Source: Candidatus Hydrogenedentota bacterium (GTDB lineage: Bacteria; Hydrogenedentota; Hydrogenedentia; Hydrogenedentales; SLHB01). From it: a stretch of 34,244 nucleotides of DNA. Of this stretch, positions 1 through 8,452 are shown one piece after another. The stretch's first letter is position 1, and every line of letters begins with the position of its first letter. The DNA lies in NCBI GenBank assembly GCA_026387845.1, contig JAPLKX010000254.1:1-34244 (forward strand). The letters are read 5' to 3'. A program made the position numbers and the translations under genes. Under the pieces are notes generated by a model, which ran no database searches, was not told the origin of the DNA, and saw nothing but the letters and a program-made list of their open reading frames with translations.

Positions 1-1152
1 CCCGTCATCATGATCACGGCGCATGCGTCGGTGGAAACGGCCATCGAAGCCATGAAACTGGGCGCCGCCGATTACATCATGAAGCCGTTCACCAACGATG
101 AGATGCGGCTGCTGGTGAAACGGGCCATCGAGCAGCGCAACCTGCTGCGCGAGAACGTGGCGTTGCGCAAGGACCAGGCGGCACGCGGCAAGATCGACAA
201 CATCATCGGCAAGAGCCCGGCGATCCACACCGTCATGGGGATGATTCGCCGCGTGGCTTCGCTGCCCAGCACGGTGGCCATACACGGCGAGAGCGGCACC
301 GGCAAGGAGTTGGTGGCGCGGGCCATTCACCAGCTCAGCGACCGGGCCGGCAAGCCTTTTGTGGCGATCAACTGCGGCGGGATTCCGGAAAACCTGCTCG
401 AGAGCGAACTGTTCGGCCACAAGAAGGGATCGTTCACGGGCGCCGTCGAAGATAAGGAAGGCCTGATGGTCGTGGCGGACGGCGGGACGCTGTTCCTCGA
501 CGAGATCGGAGAGATGCCGTTGGCGCTGCAGGTGAAACTGTTGCGGGTGCTCGACAACAGCAGCGTGATGCCGGTAGGCGGCGTGAGCGAAGTGACGGTC
601 GACGTGCGGATTATCTCCGCCACGAACAGAGACCTCGAAAAGATGGTGCGGGAAAACCTGTTCCGCAAGGATCTCTATTACCGGCTCAACGTGATTCCAA
701 TCGTGGTGCCGCCGCTGCGTGATCGCGTGGACGACATCCCGCTGTTGGCGCGCCACTTTGTCGCGGGCCACGCGAGGCGAATGGGCCTGCAGGAATTGAC
801 GATCACTCAGGGGGCGCTCGATGCTCTATGCGCGTTTACGTGGGCGGGGAACGTCCGGGAGTTGGAAAACGTGTTGGAGCGGGCGGTGGCGCTGTGCAAC
901 GGGTCCGTGGTCGACGTGCAGGATCTCCCGCCGGAGGTGGCCAACTATGTGGCGGGCCCGCGGGCCGATATCGCGATGTTGCCTCCGGGCGGCCTTGACC
1001 TGGAGTACGTGGTTTCGGATTTGGAAGTCAACCTCATCAAACAGGCGCTGCAGCGGGGCAAGTTCTCGCAAAAGAAAGCGGCGGAACTGCTTGGGCTGAG
1101 CCCGCGGTCGTTCCGGTATCGGTTGCAGAAATACGGGCTCGACACCGATTAA
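1..1152 (+). CDS. sigma-54-dependent response regulator (NtrC/Fis family), 5' end cut by window edge
   Basis: Frame 1 is open from base 1. Receiver-domain tail AADYIMKPF. AAA+ domain with Walker A GESGTGKE, GAFTGA-type loop GSFTGA and Walker B LFLDEIGE. C-terminal Fis-type HTH KKAAELLGLSPRSFRYRLQKYG. TAA stop at 1150-1152. Confidence 0.9.
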   Translation, partial: PVIMITAHASVETAIEAMKLGAADYIMKPFTNDEMRLLVKRAIEQRNLLRENVALRKDQAARGKIDNIIGKSPAIHTVMGMIRRVASLPSTVAIHGESGTGKELVARAIHQLSDRAGKPFVAINCGGIPENLLESELFGHKKGSFTGAVEDKEGLMVVADGGTLFLDEIGEMPLALQVKLLRVLDNSSVMPVGGVSEVTVDVRIISATNRDLEKMVRENLFRKDLYYRLNVIPIVVPPLRDRVDDIPLLARHFVAGHARRMGLQELTITQGALDALCAFTWAGNVRELENVLERAVALCNGSVVDVQDLPPEVANYVAGPRADIAMLPPGGLDLEYVVSDLEVNLIKQALQRGKFSQKKAAELLGLSPRSFRYRLQKYGLDTD

Positions 1153-1245
1153 GCGCACGAAAATAGGCTTCCCGTTTGAACCGCCTTATTGTCCGCCGTA
1201 TACTTCTTGCGGTGTTACCCTTCTATGCCAACCGGAGTAAACGGA

Positions 1246-2229
1246 ATGAAAGCACTTGTAACGTGCGGGGCGGGTTTTATCGGGTCGCACCTATGCGAGG
1301 CGCTGGTAGCGCAGGGCGACCAGGTTTTCGTGTTGGACGACCTGAGCACGGGCCGGTTCGAGAACATCGAGCATATCAAAGGCCTGACGTGCGTCATTGA
1401 CTCGACGTTGAACCAGGAGATTGTGCGGGACCTTGTGCGCGAGGTCGAGGTTGTCTACCATCTTGCGGCCACGGTCGGGGTGCAACTGGTCGTCAACGAG
1501 CCCATCCGGACTATTGTCAATAACATCCGGGGTACGGAAACGGTCCTTGAAGAGACGTGCCGGTACCGGCGCAACCTGCTGATCACGTCTACGAGCGAAG
1601 TGTACGGCAAAGGGATGCGCAAGGTGTTCCACGAAGGCGACGACGCCGTAATCGGCCCAACGACGCGCACCCGATGGTGTTACGCCGCGTCAAAAGCGAT
1701 CGACGAGTTCTTGGCGCTGGCCTATTGGTACGAGAAGCGGCACCCGGTGATCATTGTGCGGCTGTTCAACACGGTGGGGCCCAGGCAAACCGGCCGGTAC
1801 GGGATGGTGATCCCGCGGTTTGTGAGCCAGGCGTTGCGCAACGACCCGCTTACGGTATATGGCGACGGCAAACAGACGCGGTGTTTTGCGTACGTGGGGG
1901 ACGTGGTGCCCGCACTGAAAGGCCTGATGGCGCGGCCCGATCTGAGCGGCGAGGTGTTCAATATCGGGACGACCGAGAGCGTGACGATGGAGGATCTGGC
2001 GCGGCGCGTTATCGAGCGGACAGGCAGCGCGTCAGGCATCAGCTACGTGCCGTACGACCAGGTGTATGGGCCGGGGTACGAAGACATGCGCCACCGAGCG
2101 CCCAGCCTCGATAAGATCAAGAACGCGATCGGCTATCAGCCCCAGACGTCGCTAAACCAGATCCTGGATGCCGTGATCCAGGACATCCGCAGGCGAATGT
2201 CTTCCGTGCCGCAGGAGCCGGTCTGCTAA
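1246..2229 (+). CDS. NAD-dependent epimerase/dehydratase (extended SDR; UDP-glucuronate decarboxylase / UDP-sugar 4-epimerase-like)
   Basis: ATG at 1246 preceded by GGAG (1234-1237). Rossmann motif GAGFIGSH directly after MKALVTC. Catalytic YxxxK as YAASK. The ORF-track start at 1189 adds an unlikely leader. Confidence 0.85.
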   Translation: MKALVTCGAGFIGSHLCEALVAQGDQVFVLDDLSTGRFENIEHIKGLTCVIDSTLNQEIVRDLVREVEVVYHLAATVGVQLVVNEPIRTIVNNIRGTETVLEETCRYRRNLLITSTSEVYGKGMRKVFHEGDDAVIGPTTRTRWCYAASKAIDEFLALAYWYEKRHPVIIVRLFNTVGPRQTGRYGMVIPRFVSQALRNDPLTVYGDGKQTRCFAYVGDVVPALKGLMARPDLSGEVFNIGTTESVTMEDLARRVIERTGSASGISYVPYDQVYGPGYEDMRHRAPSLDKIKNAIGYQPQTSLNQILDAVIQDIRRRMSSVPQEPVC

Positions 2230-2289
2230 GAACAGTGGGATGCTCCCGAATGGCACCAAGCACATGCTTCCCGAAGTACGGTGAGATAT

Positions 2290-2318
2290 GGAGTGCGGCA
2301 GCTTGCTGCCGCTTTTTG
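2290..2318 (+). terminator. rho-independent-type terminator (hairpin GCGGCAGC-TT-GCTGCCGC followed by TTTTTG) downstream of the epimerase gene
   Basis: GGAGTGCGGCAGCTTGCTGCCGCTTTTTG read directly. It is the left arm of a 29-bp inverted repeat whose partner lies at 2376-2404. Confidence 0.65.
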
Positions 2319-2375
2319 TAGTGCGTGCCTTTCCCTGCAATCGATGTTGCACTTGTCAGATAAAGCTTTCCTCCC

Positions 2376-2404
2376 CAAAAAGCGGCAGCAAGCTGCCGTA
2401 CTCC
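2376..2404 (-). terminator. mirror-image terminator for the minus-strand PHP-like gene
   Basis: CAAAAAGCGGCAGCAAGCTGCCGTACTCC. Its reverse complement differs from 2290-2318 at one base. On the minus strand it is a hairpin plus TTTTTG, 8 nt after the stop at 2412. Confidence 0.65.
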
Positions 2405-2411
2405 AAATGAG

Positions 2412-4217
2412 TTAAAACTTCCACTTGGGTTTGATTTCGCCTGGGCCGGGCGATTGGGGGAGTTGCACCTCGGGCGCGGACTGCATGAGCTTTTTCTTGG
2501 TTCGCTCTTTAGCTTCTTTTATTTTCTCGTCTTTAACTTCGACTTCCTGGGCGTAGATGGGGCTGGTCATGGCGTAGACTTCGAGGTTTCCGAACCGGAC
2601 TTCCTGTGGCCTGCCGACGACGCGGGCCCTGTATACGGCATAGGTGGCCGGGGTGTCTTCGAAGGTGATGGCAAACCCGTTGCTTTCGATTTGCTTCGAG
2701 ATAAGGGGGCGCCCATTGAGCAGGATTTGAAGTTCTTTTCCCTCCGCGCCGTCGACGGCGGCTTCAAACGTGGTGGGCACGCCGAGGGGAACGGTTCCGC
2801 CGACGCCGACGTCCATCTTTTTGTCGCTGAGGATATCGGCGGAAAACCGCATCCGCGGCCCTTTGAGGCCGCTGGACACATACGTCCGGCCGCGGCGCAA
2901 CCCGTCCAGGATGCCTCTTACAGATTTTTCGGTGGCGTAGACGTAGGTTACGGGCGATGCGAGGGGAACGGCGGGGCTGGCGCTGCCGCTTCCGCCGATT
3001 GCAGCGGCTTTCAGCCCGCGGACCAGTTCGGCGTCATAAAACACGCAGGCCTGTCCGTTCGCCGAGAGTTGGTTGGGCTGGCCGCGCACAATCGCCGAGG
3101 CCGCCGCGTACGCCACGGAATGAACCAGCTTGCCGTCCCTGCGTTCGCCGAGGTCCTCGCTCAATTGATTGATCGACAAGGGCGGCACCGATGACCAGTC
3201 GCGGCACCATACCTCGATTCCGTTTACGTAGGAAAGCCCCCACTGCCAGGGTTTGCCCGGGAAACACGGATGGGCTACGCCAAAAAAACCTCCCTGCGCC
3301 TGCACCAGATCGACCAAGGCCTGCGCCTGCGGGGTGCTGTCAACAAACTCGGGAAACGTCCGTGGCCCGTACAGCAGCGCAACGCCCCGTTCATCGCTGC
3401 CCCATTCCATTGCGGGAATCAATACGACCGACTTCGACTTGAACCCGGCGTCCTGACTGGCTGCCAGCGTGTTGCGGTCGGTTATCGCCAGGAAGTCCAG
3501 GCCCAGCTTCTCCGCGCGCGCCACCAGGTCTGCCACGGATTCTTTTCCGCCGCCGTAGGAAGATTGGCAGTGCAACTCGCCCCGGTACCATTTCTCTTCC
3601 TTGGCCAAGACGTGATCTTCGAACGGCAACGCCGGCTTCCCAGGAATGCTGGATGCGTCGGCCGGGTTGGTGCCCTCGGCTATCTCGACCCGATCCAACG
3701 CGAAATCGCAGTCCTGGTCAAAATCAAACAGCGCCCTCTGCCCACTGCCCTCGAGCAAATTCACCAGAATGAATTCGGTGGCGCCGGCTTGGACTTTTGC
3801 ATTCTTCACATCCACCAAGACGGGGACGCCCAACACATAAACGTAAACATACGCTTTGTACTTCGCGGCGGGGACGTTAGTTTTGAGATGGCCTTGCGGA
3901 ATTTCGAGCACAATTGGCTCTTTTTCCACACCCTGCAGGTCTACCCTCCCTGCCAAGTCGTGCCCGAGCACGTCAGTGAGATCCACTTGGATCTCGCCAT
4001 TGGCAGGATTTGACGGAGGCGCCGCTGCGACGGGCATCGCGGCGGCAAGAAACAGCGCCAAGGCAATCCACGTTCTCGAAATGTTCAGGGGATACCGCCG
4101 TCTGATGGTACGGGCAGGGTGGGCGCTAGTCCTACCTGACCAACCCGCTGCTGAACAAGTCAGCCCGGCAGGAATCAAAATTGTCGTTACGTGCTTGATA
4201 TTTGACTTACAGTTCAT
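2412..4217 (-). CDS. secreted PHP-like (CehA/McbA-type) metallohydrolase with N-terminal beta-rich region and a DxDxD calcium-type motif
   Basis: PHP-like block ELHCQSSYGGGKESVADLVARAEKLGLDFLAITDRNT, then PAMEW and GVAHP. Signal-like segment RTWIALALFLAAAMPVAAAP. DFDQDCDFALDRVE motif. Start is uncertain: the ORF-track start 4232 is TTG, the first ATG is 4217, and both lie ~45-50 aa upstream of the signal-like segment. Confidence 0.55.
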   Translation of the reverse strand: MNCKSNIKHVTTILIPAGLTCSAAGWSGRTSAHPARTIRRRYPLNISRTWIALALFLAAAMPVAAAPPSNPANGEIQVDLTDVLGHDLAGRVDLQGVEKEPIVLEIPQGHLKTNVPAAKYKAYVYVYVLGVPVLVDVKNAKVQAGATEFILVNLLEGSGQRALFDFDQDCDFALDRVEIAEGTNPADASSIPGKPALPFEDHVLAKEEKWYRGELHCQSSYGGGKESVADLVARAEKLGLDFLAITDRNTLAASQDAGFKSKSVVLIPAMEWGSDERGVALLYGPRTFPEFVDSTPQAQALVDLVQAQGGFFGVAHPCFPGKPWQWGLSYVNGIEVWCRDWSSVPPLSINQLSEDLGERRDGKLVHSVAYAAASAIVRGQPNQLSANGQACVFYDAELVRGLKAAAIGGSGSASPAVPLASPVTYVYATEKSVRGILDGLRRGRTYVSSGLKGPRMRFSADILSDKKMDVGVGGTVPLGVPTTFEAAVDGAEGKELQILLNGRPLISKQIESNGFAITFEDTPATYAVYRARVVGRPQEVRFGNLEVYAMTSPIYAQEVEVKDEKIKEAKERTKKKLMQSAPEVQLPQSPGPGEIKPKWKF

Positions 4218-4499
4218 GTACACTAGCTCCAACTTTGCCGGATCTGAAGTTGAAAGTTAAGGTCACATCGACATTGCTACCAGATTTTGTGCCGTGCTTG
4301 TCGGCACGGCCACTGCCTCACCGGGGCTTGTCTCGTAACGAGGTTTATCATACACAACGCAAGGGTTCGGATAAAGTTACACTGAGTATGGCAGCGCCGC
4401 TAAACGGCGGCGCGATTGTGGCGCGGGCAGCCGGGCCCATGACCGGTTGAACGCAATTGTATGAAAGCAGTAGAAGTAACCGCAACGAGGAGGAAAACA

Positions 4500-4949
4500 A
4501 TGATCCCCAGCATCGACATTCACAGCAGCGTGGCCGTCTACGTACAAATCGAGAACCACGTACAATTCGCCATCGCCTCTGGCCGGCTGAAGCCGGGCGA
4601 CCAGCTTCCGTCGGTACGTGAACTTTCGGAACGTCTCGGCGTCAATCCCAACACGGTAGCCAAGGCGTATCGGGATCTCGAAGTAATGGGCTTGTTATAC
4701 ACGCGCCGCGGAATGGGCGTATTCGTCAACAAGAACATTGAATCGAAATGCGGCGAAGAATGCCGTAGGCGCATCATCAGCCGGCTGCACGAAGTGGTGG
4801 CGGAAGCCAAGTCGGCCGGCATGTCCCGCAAGGAAGTAATCAGTATCGTAGAAGCCAGCCTGGCCGTCGATGCCACTCCGTACGGGGAAACTCCCGCCTC
4901 CTTGACGGCTATGGCAAAACAGCCCAAAAAAACCGCCAAACAGAGCTAA
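4500..4949 (+). CDS. GntR-family transcriptional regulator (short, YtrA-like)
   Basis: ATG at 4500 preceded by GAGGAGG (4487-4493). wHTH signature YVQIENHVQFAIASGRLKPGDQLPSVRELSERLGVNPNTVAKAYRDLEVMGLLYTRRGMGVFV. Confidence 0.85.
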   Translation: MIPSIDIHSSVAVYVQIENHVQFAIASGRLKPGDQLPSVRELSERLGVNPNTVAKAYRDLEVMGLLYTRRGMGVFVNKNIESKCGEECRRRIISRLHEVVAEAKSAGMSRKEVISIVEASLAVDATPYGETPASLTAMAKQPKKTAKQS

Positions 4950-4965
4950 ACCAGGCTTATCCGGC

Positions 4966-4994
4966 GCGGCCACCCCTTTTGATGGGGTGGCCGC
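4966..4994 (+). terminator. hairpin terminator after the GntR gene
   Basis: GCGGCCACCCC-TTTTGAT-GGGGTGGCCGC (11-bp stem) followed by a T/A-rich tract GTTCTATATAT. Confidence 0.55.
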
Positions 4995-5256
4995 GTTCTA
5001 TATATGGCGCATAATTCTCTTGGTTGTTGATATTTTATCTGTGGGAAACTATTGACATTTTGAGAAATTTGCCGTAAACTACGTTCAAAGGCTGTGCATT
5101 CTGAGAAAGAGCACGGGCGGGTAGACCTGCCATTCTGGGCGCTAGTTTCTGGATTTCAAGTAGTGCAATTTTGATTTTTATGTAAAGTTTTACGGGATGC
5201 GGTTTGGTTTGCGGGATAGCCACATGGGAAATTGAGCTATAGGGGTTGATGCACTC

Positions 5257-5763
5257 ATGCCAAATGGACAATCTACGATGACCGTAATCGAGAGACCCGA
5301 AATCGAACAACTGGATTCGACCCAGCGGCTGACCCACGGCGCCAAGGTGAAGCGGGGCCAGTTGAGCGCGGTCCAGCAGGGCAGGTACGGGACGGGCCCG
5401 GCGCCCTATGGGTATCGTCGCGGCAAGGAGGGCGAGAAGCCGCTGGTGGTGGACGACCGGGAAGCGGAGGTGGTGCGGATGATATTCCGCGAGTACTTGC
5501 GCCACCGGAGCACGGGCAAGGTCGTGTCCTACCTTCATTCGCGCAGCGTGTACACGCGAAAGGGGAACAAGTGGTCCCGCCAGGCCGTGGCCATCATACT
5601 TTCGAACCGCACGTACCGGGGCCGGGTCACGTACGGGGATGTGGAGACGCAGGGGCTGCACGACCCGATCATCGAGCCGGCGCTGTTCTACAAGGCCAAT
5701 GCCCTCAAAGAGCGCAAACGGCGCCGCAAACAGCAACGTTCCGGCGAAGATATTGAAGATTAA
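5257..5763 (+). pseudogene. truncated large serine recombinase: 'recombinase' domain only, lacking the N-terminal resolvase catalytic domain and the C-terminal zinc-ribbon/coiled-coil
   Basis: GPAPYGYRRGKEGEKPLVVDDREAEVVRMIFREYL...KWSRQAVAIILSNRTYRGRVTYG...HDPIIEPALF matches the pattern of the large-serine-recombinase 'recombinase' domain. Only 168 aa are present and no catalytic Ser region is visible. An AT-rich sequence lies directly upstream. Confidence 0.65.
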
Positions 5764-5771
5764 GCCATTCC

Positions 5772-5821
5772 CGCGGGCCTGAATCGCCGTTTTACGGATA
5801 AATCGTCGATTCAGGCCCGCG
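5772..5821 (+). terminator. long hairpin downstream of the recombinase fragment
   Basis: CGCGGGCCTGAATCG (5772-5786) pairs with CGATTCAGGCCCGCG (5807-5821), followed by TCTGTTTAT. Confidence 0.5.
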
Positions 5822-5904
5822 TCTGTTTATGCCTTTCCCCCGTTGTCCGCCCCTGATTGCTATGTTATGATCGCCGCGTGCTGGACACCAGGAAAGGGCA
5901 AACC

Positions 5905-6666
5905 ATGCGATTTTTTGTGGTTTTTTTGTCGTTTTTGTCGATGTTTACCGTGGCTGAGCGCGCGTATGGCGCCCCGCGCGCCAAAGGAACTACGGGCGAT
6001 ATGCGGCATCAAGCGGCGCCTACCGGCTTCCTGAACAAGACCATGGTGATAGACGGCCACCCACGGCACTATGTCCTGTACGTGCCTCGGGAATACAAGC
6101 CGGACCAGCGGTGGCCGCTGATCGTGTTTTTGCACGGGATGGGCGAGCGGGGCAGTGACGGGCTGGCACAGAGCGAAGTGGGGATAGGCCGTGCGATCCG
6201 GCTGCACCCGGACCGGTTCCCGTGCCTGGTTGTGATGCCTCAGTGCCCCGACAAGGTGGCTTGGGTAAAGGCCGTGAGGGACATCGACACCTGCCTCCAC
6301 GATACGCGCAGGGACTATTCGGTCGATGACGACCGCATCTACCTGACGGGCCTGTCGATGGGCGGGTATGCGGCGTGGCAGTATGGCGCGGAAAAGGTCA
6401 AGACGTTTGCCGCCATCATGCCGATCTGCGGCGGGGGTAAAGTCAATGACGCCGAAAAACTGGCGCGGGCGCCGATTTGGGCGTTCCATGGCGCGGATGA
6501 CAAAACCGTGAAGCCCAAGAAGACTCAGGAGATGGTCGAGGCGGTGAAGAAGGCGGGCGGGCAGGTGAGGTACACAGAGTACCCCGGCGTAGCGCACAAT
6601 TCGTGGGACAAGGCTTACGAGGACGCGGAAGCCATTAAGTGGCTGCTGAGCCAGCGTAAGAAATAG
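5905..6666 (+). CDS. secreted alpha/beta-hydrolase (carboxylesterase / PHB-depolymerase-type esterase family)
   Basis: ATG at 5905 gives the signal peptide MRFFVVFLSFLSMFTVAERAYG. Also PLIVFLHGMGERG, nucleophile elbow GLSMGG, HGADD, and a catalytic-type His in GVAHNSW. Confidence 0.8.
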   Translation: MRFFVVFLSFLSMFTVAERAYGAPRAKGTTGDMRHQAAPTGFLNKTMVIDGHPRHYVLYVPREYKPDQRWPLIVFLHGMGERGSDGLAQSEVGIGRAIRLHPDRFPCLVVMPQCPDKVAWVKAVRDIDTCLHDTRRDYSVDDDRIYLTGLSMGGYAAWQYGAEKVKTFAAIMPICGGGKVNDAEKLARAPIWAFHGADDKTVKPKKTQEMVEAVKKAGGQVRYTEYPGVAHNSWDKAYEDAEAIKWLLSQRKK

Positions 6667-6689
6667 GCGCGGCCGGGAAAAGACGGGCA

Positions 6690-6728
6690 GTGCAGGCCGG
6701 TAACATTGGGAGGGTCCCCGGCCTGCAC
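6690..6728. terminator. hairpin between convergent genes (possible bidirectional terminator)
   Basis: GTGCAGGCCGG (6690-6700) and CCGGCCTGCAC (6718-6728) form an 11-bp stem. It lies between the esterase stop (6666) and the DUF4097 stop (6765). Confidence 0.45.
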
Positions 6729-6764
6729 GGTGCCGCACGCCACGTGCGCGTATCAAGAGGGTGG

Positions 6765-7784
6765 TTAGAGTTTATTGATTGAGACGTCGCCGGAGGTGGT
6801 GGAGATCCGGACGTAGCCGTCGCCGGTTCCAAGGGCAAAATTGAGGCTGCGGTTGATCCCTTCTGATTTGAAGCCGAACCCTGTCCTGACGTGCCCGGAC
6901 ATGGAGCTGATCTCAAACTCGGCGGACACGTCGGGGGGAAAACTGATTTCGACACCGCCGGATTGCGTAGAAGCGGTTACGCGTCCCGCGGGGGCCAAAG
7001 CACCTTCCATCGTGACATCGCCGGAAACGGTGCGGGCGGATACTTTGTTCATCGAGGCCAAGGTCATCTGCACATCGCCGCTGATGGATGAGACCTCGGC
7101 GGCGCGGCCGATGTTGGAAGCGGTAAGGTCGCCGCTGGTGGATTTGGACCTGACGGAATCGGCATTGGCGACCTTGACATCGCCGCTGATCGTGCGGACG
7201 TCGGCGGAGTGGGCGCCGGCACACTGGATATTTCCGCTGACGGTTTCTGCATCAAGGGTTTCGGCGGCGCCTGAAAAGGTCACGTCGCCGCTGACCGACC
7301 TGATTTCCACGGCGCTCGCCCACGTGTTGACTCCGACTTCGCCGGAGACGCTGCGGGCGTAAACGGACTGACGCATGGGCCGCTCGAGTTCGGGCGGTGC
7401 GGCATCTTCCACATGGATGTCGGCGCTGACGGCGTCCGCCTCGATGCTCGATGCGGCCGGCGCCGACACCGTCAAATAAGCGGCGGCGTCGCCGTGGGAA
7501 TGCTCGCGGACCACGACCCGGATGCTGGTACGGCCGTCGCGGACCTCAAAATCGACCCGCTCGACGTTTTCTTCCAGTTCTCCGGAAAGACGGACTTCGG
7601 ATTTTTCCCATGACACCACCCGCACCGAGCCCGCGACGTTCGAGATCTGAACCACGCCGTCGGGTTTGACCGCTCGGGTTTCGTCTATAGACTTCTGGGC
7701 CGCGGCGGCCGTAATGGCCGTGTGCATTGGCACGAGGGCCAGCGCCGCCAGCAGCATAACGCCCCACAACAACTTTCTTTTCAT
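6765..7784 (-). CDS. DUF4097-type beta-strand repeat protein (putative adhesin-like), last gene of the ECF operon
   Basis: ATG at 7784 preceded by AAGGGAGAG. Signal peptide MKRKLLWGVMLLAALALVP. About ten repeats of the (V/I/T)SG(D/E/N)(V/I/L) motif (VSGEVGV, VSGDVTF, VSGNIQC, ISGDVKV, TSGDLTA, ISGDVQM, VSGDVTM, ...). Confidence 0.75.
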   Translation of the reverse strand: MKRKLLWGVMLLAALALVPMHTAITAAAAQKSIDETRAVKPDGVVQISNVAGSVRVVSWEKSEVRLSGELEENVERVDFEVRDGRTSIRVVVREHSHGDAAAYLTVSAPAASSIEADAVSADIHVEDAAPPELERPMRQSVYARSVSGEVGVNTWASAVEIRSVSGDVTFSGAAETLDAETVSGNIQCAGAHSADVRTISGDVKVANADSVRSKSTSGDLTASNIGRAAEVSSISGDVQMTLASMNKVSARTVSGDVTMEGALAPAGRVTASTQSGGVEISFPPDVSAEFEISSMSGHVRTGFGFKSEGINRSLNFALGTGDGYVRISTTSGDVSINKL

Positions 7785-7810
7785 GACACTCTCCCTTGCA
7801 TTGGCATGAT

Positions 7811-8452
7811 TCACCAGGTGTTGGACGTAATCGCCCCTTCAAGACCGAGAAGCTGGAGGCTGCGGTCCTGTTCGGCGACGAGCATGTCGAACAGGAACAC
7901 GTTCTCGGGGTCTTTTTCGAGCGACGCGCGGATCTCCTGGATGGCCCCGTCGATGACGGCGAGGTTCTGGTCGATGACGGTGCGTGTTTCTGGCGCGAGC
8001 CGGCGTGGCAGTTGATCCATGGCGGCCACCAGTTCGCGCCGCGCGCGCTGGTATTCGGCCTCGACCACGAGCACTTCCTGTTCGAGCCGGACCGGGGCCT
8101 CAGCCGCCAAGCCGGGATTGAGCGGCCTGGGGTGGTCCAGCATTAGCAAGCTTCCAGCCAGAATGGCCAAAACGGCCGCGGCCAAGGCAAGCACGGTAAA
8201 TCGGCCTGCTCTCGAGATGCGCCGTTTCGAGCCCTTTTCAATCTGCCCGCGGATGCCCGGCCACAGGTCTCTGTGCGGCTCGATATGGCGCGGGAGGGCT
8301 TTTGCCGATTGCAGCAATTCCCGCAGGCCGTTGGCTTGGCGCGCGCAGTCAGGGCATGAGGCCAAATGACGCGCCACCAGCGCGGGCTCTTCCCCGATCA
8401 GCAGGCCGTCGACGTAGTCGTCCAGGAGGTGCTGAACCGTTTGGCATTTCAT
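7811..8452 (-). CDS. membrane anti-sigma factor (zf-HC2 type)
   Basis: MKCQTVQHLLDDYVDGLL...HLASCPDC contains the H-x3-C-x2-C zinc motif. One TM segment, FTVLALAAAVLAILAGSLLML. The ATG at 8452 overlaps the sigma stop (ATGA, 8449-8452). Confidence 0.8.
   Translation of the reverse strand: MKCQTVQHLLDDYVDGLLIGEEPALVARHLASCPDCARQANGLRELLQSAKALPRHIEPHRDLWPGIRGQIEKGSKRRISRAGRFTVLALAAAVLAILAGSLLMLDHPRPLNPGLAAEAPVRLEQEVLVVEAEYQRARRELVAAMDQLPRRLAPETRTVIDQNLAVIDGAIQEIRASLEKDPENVFLFDMLVAEQDRSLQLLGLEGAITSNTW

Noticed and set aside
2246-2257. 12-nt identity (CCCGAATGGCAC) between this site and the left TSD/TIR junction of the MITE at 10276-10287
   Set aside because: Chance 12-mer pairs are expected many times in a 34-kb window on two strands, and the match does not extend.
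2251-2268. Possible sigma-54 promoters at TGGCAC (2251-2256) and at TGGCAC inside the MITE TIR (10282-10287)
   Set aside because: The -12 element (TTGC) is not at the required 5-nt spacing in either case: the sequences are TGGCAC-CAAGC-ACAT and TGGCAC-TGACT-TAAG.
2454-4013. Plus-strand ORFs 2454-3194 and 3270-4013 (about 246 aa each)
   Set aside because: They are antisense to the PHP-like gene and have no recognisable domains.
5035-6756. Minus-strand ORFs 5035-5736 (233 aa) and 5860-6756 (298 aa)
   Set aside because: They are antisense to the recombinase fragment and to the esterase, which has a clear GxSxG/HGADD/His triad. Their composition is Arg/Pro/His-rich, which is typical of shadow frames.
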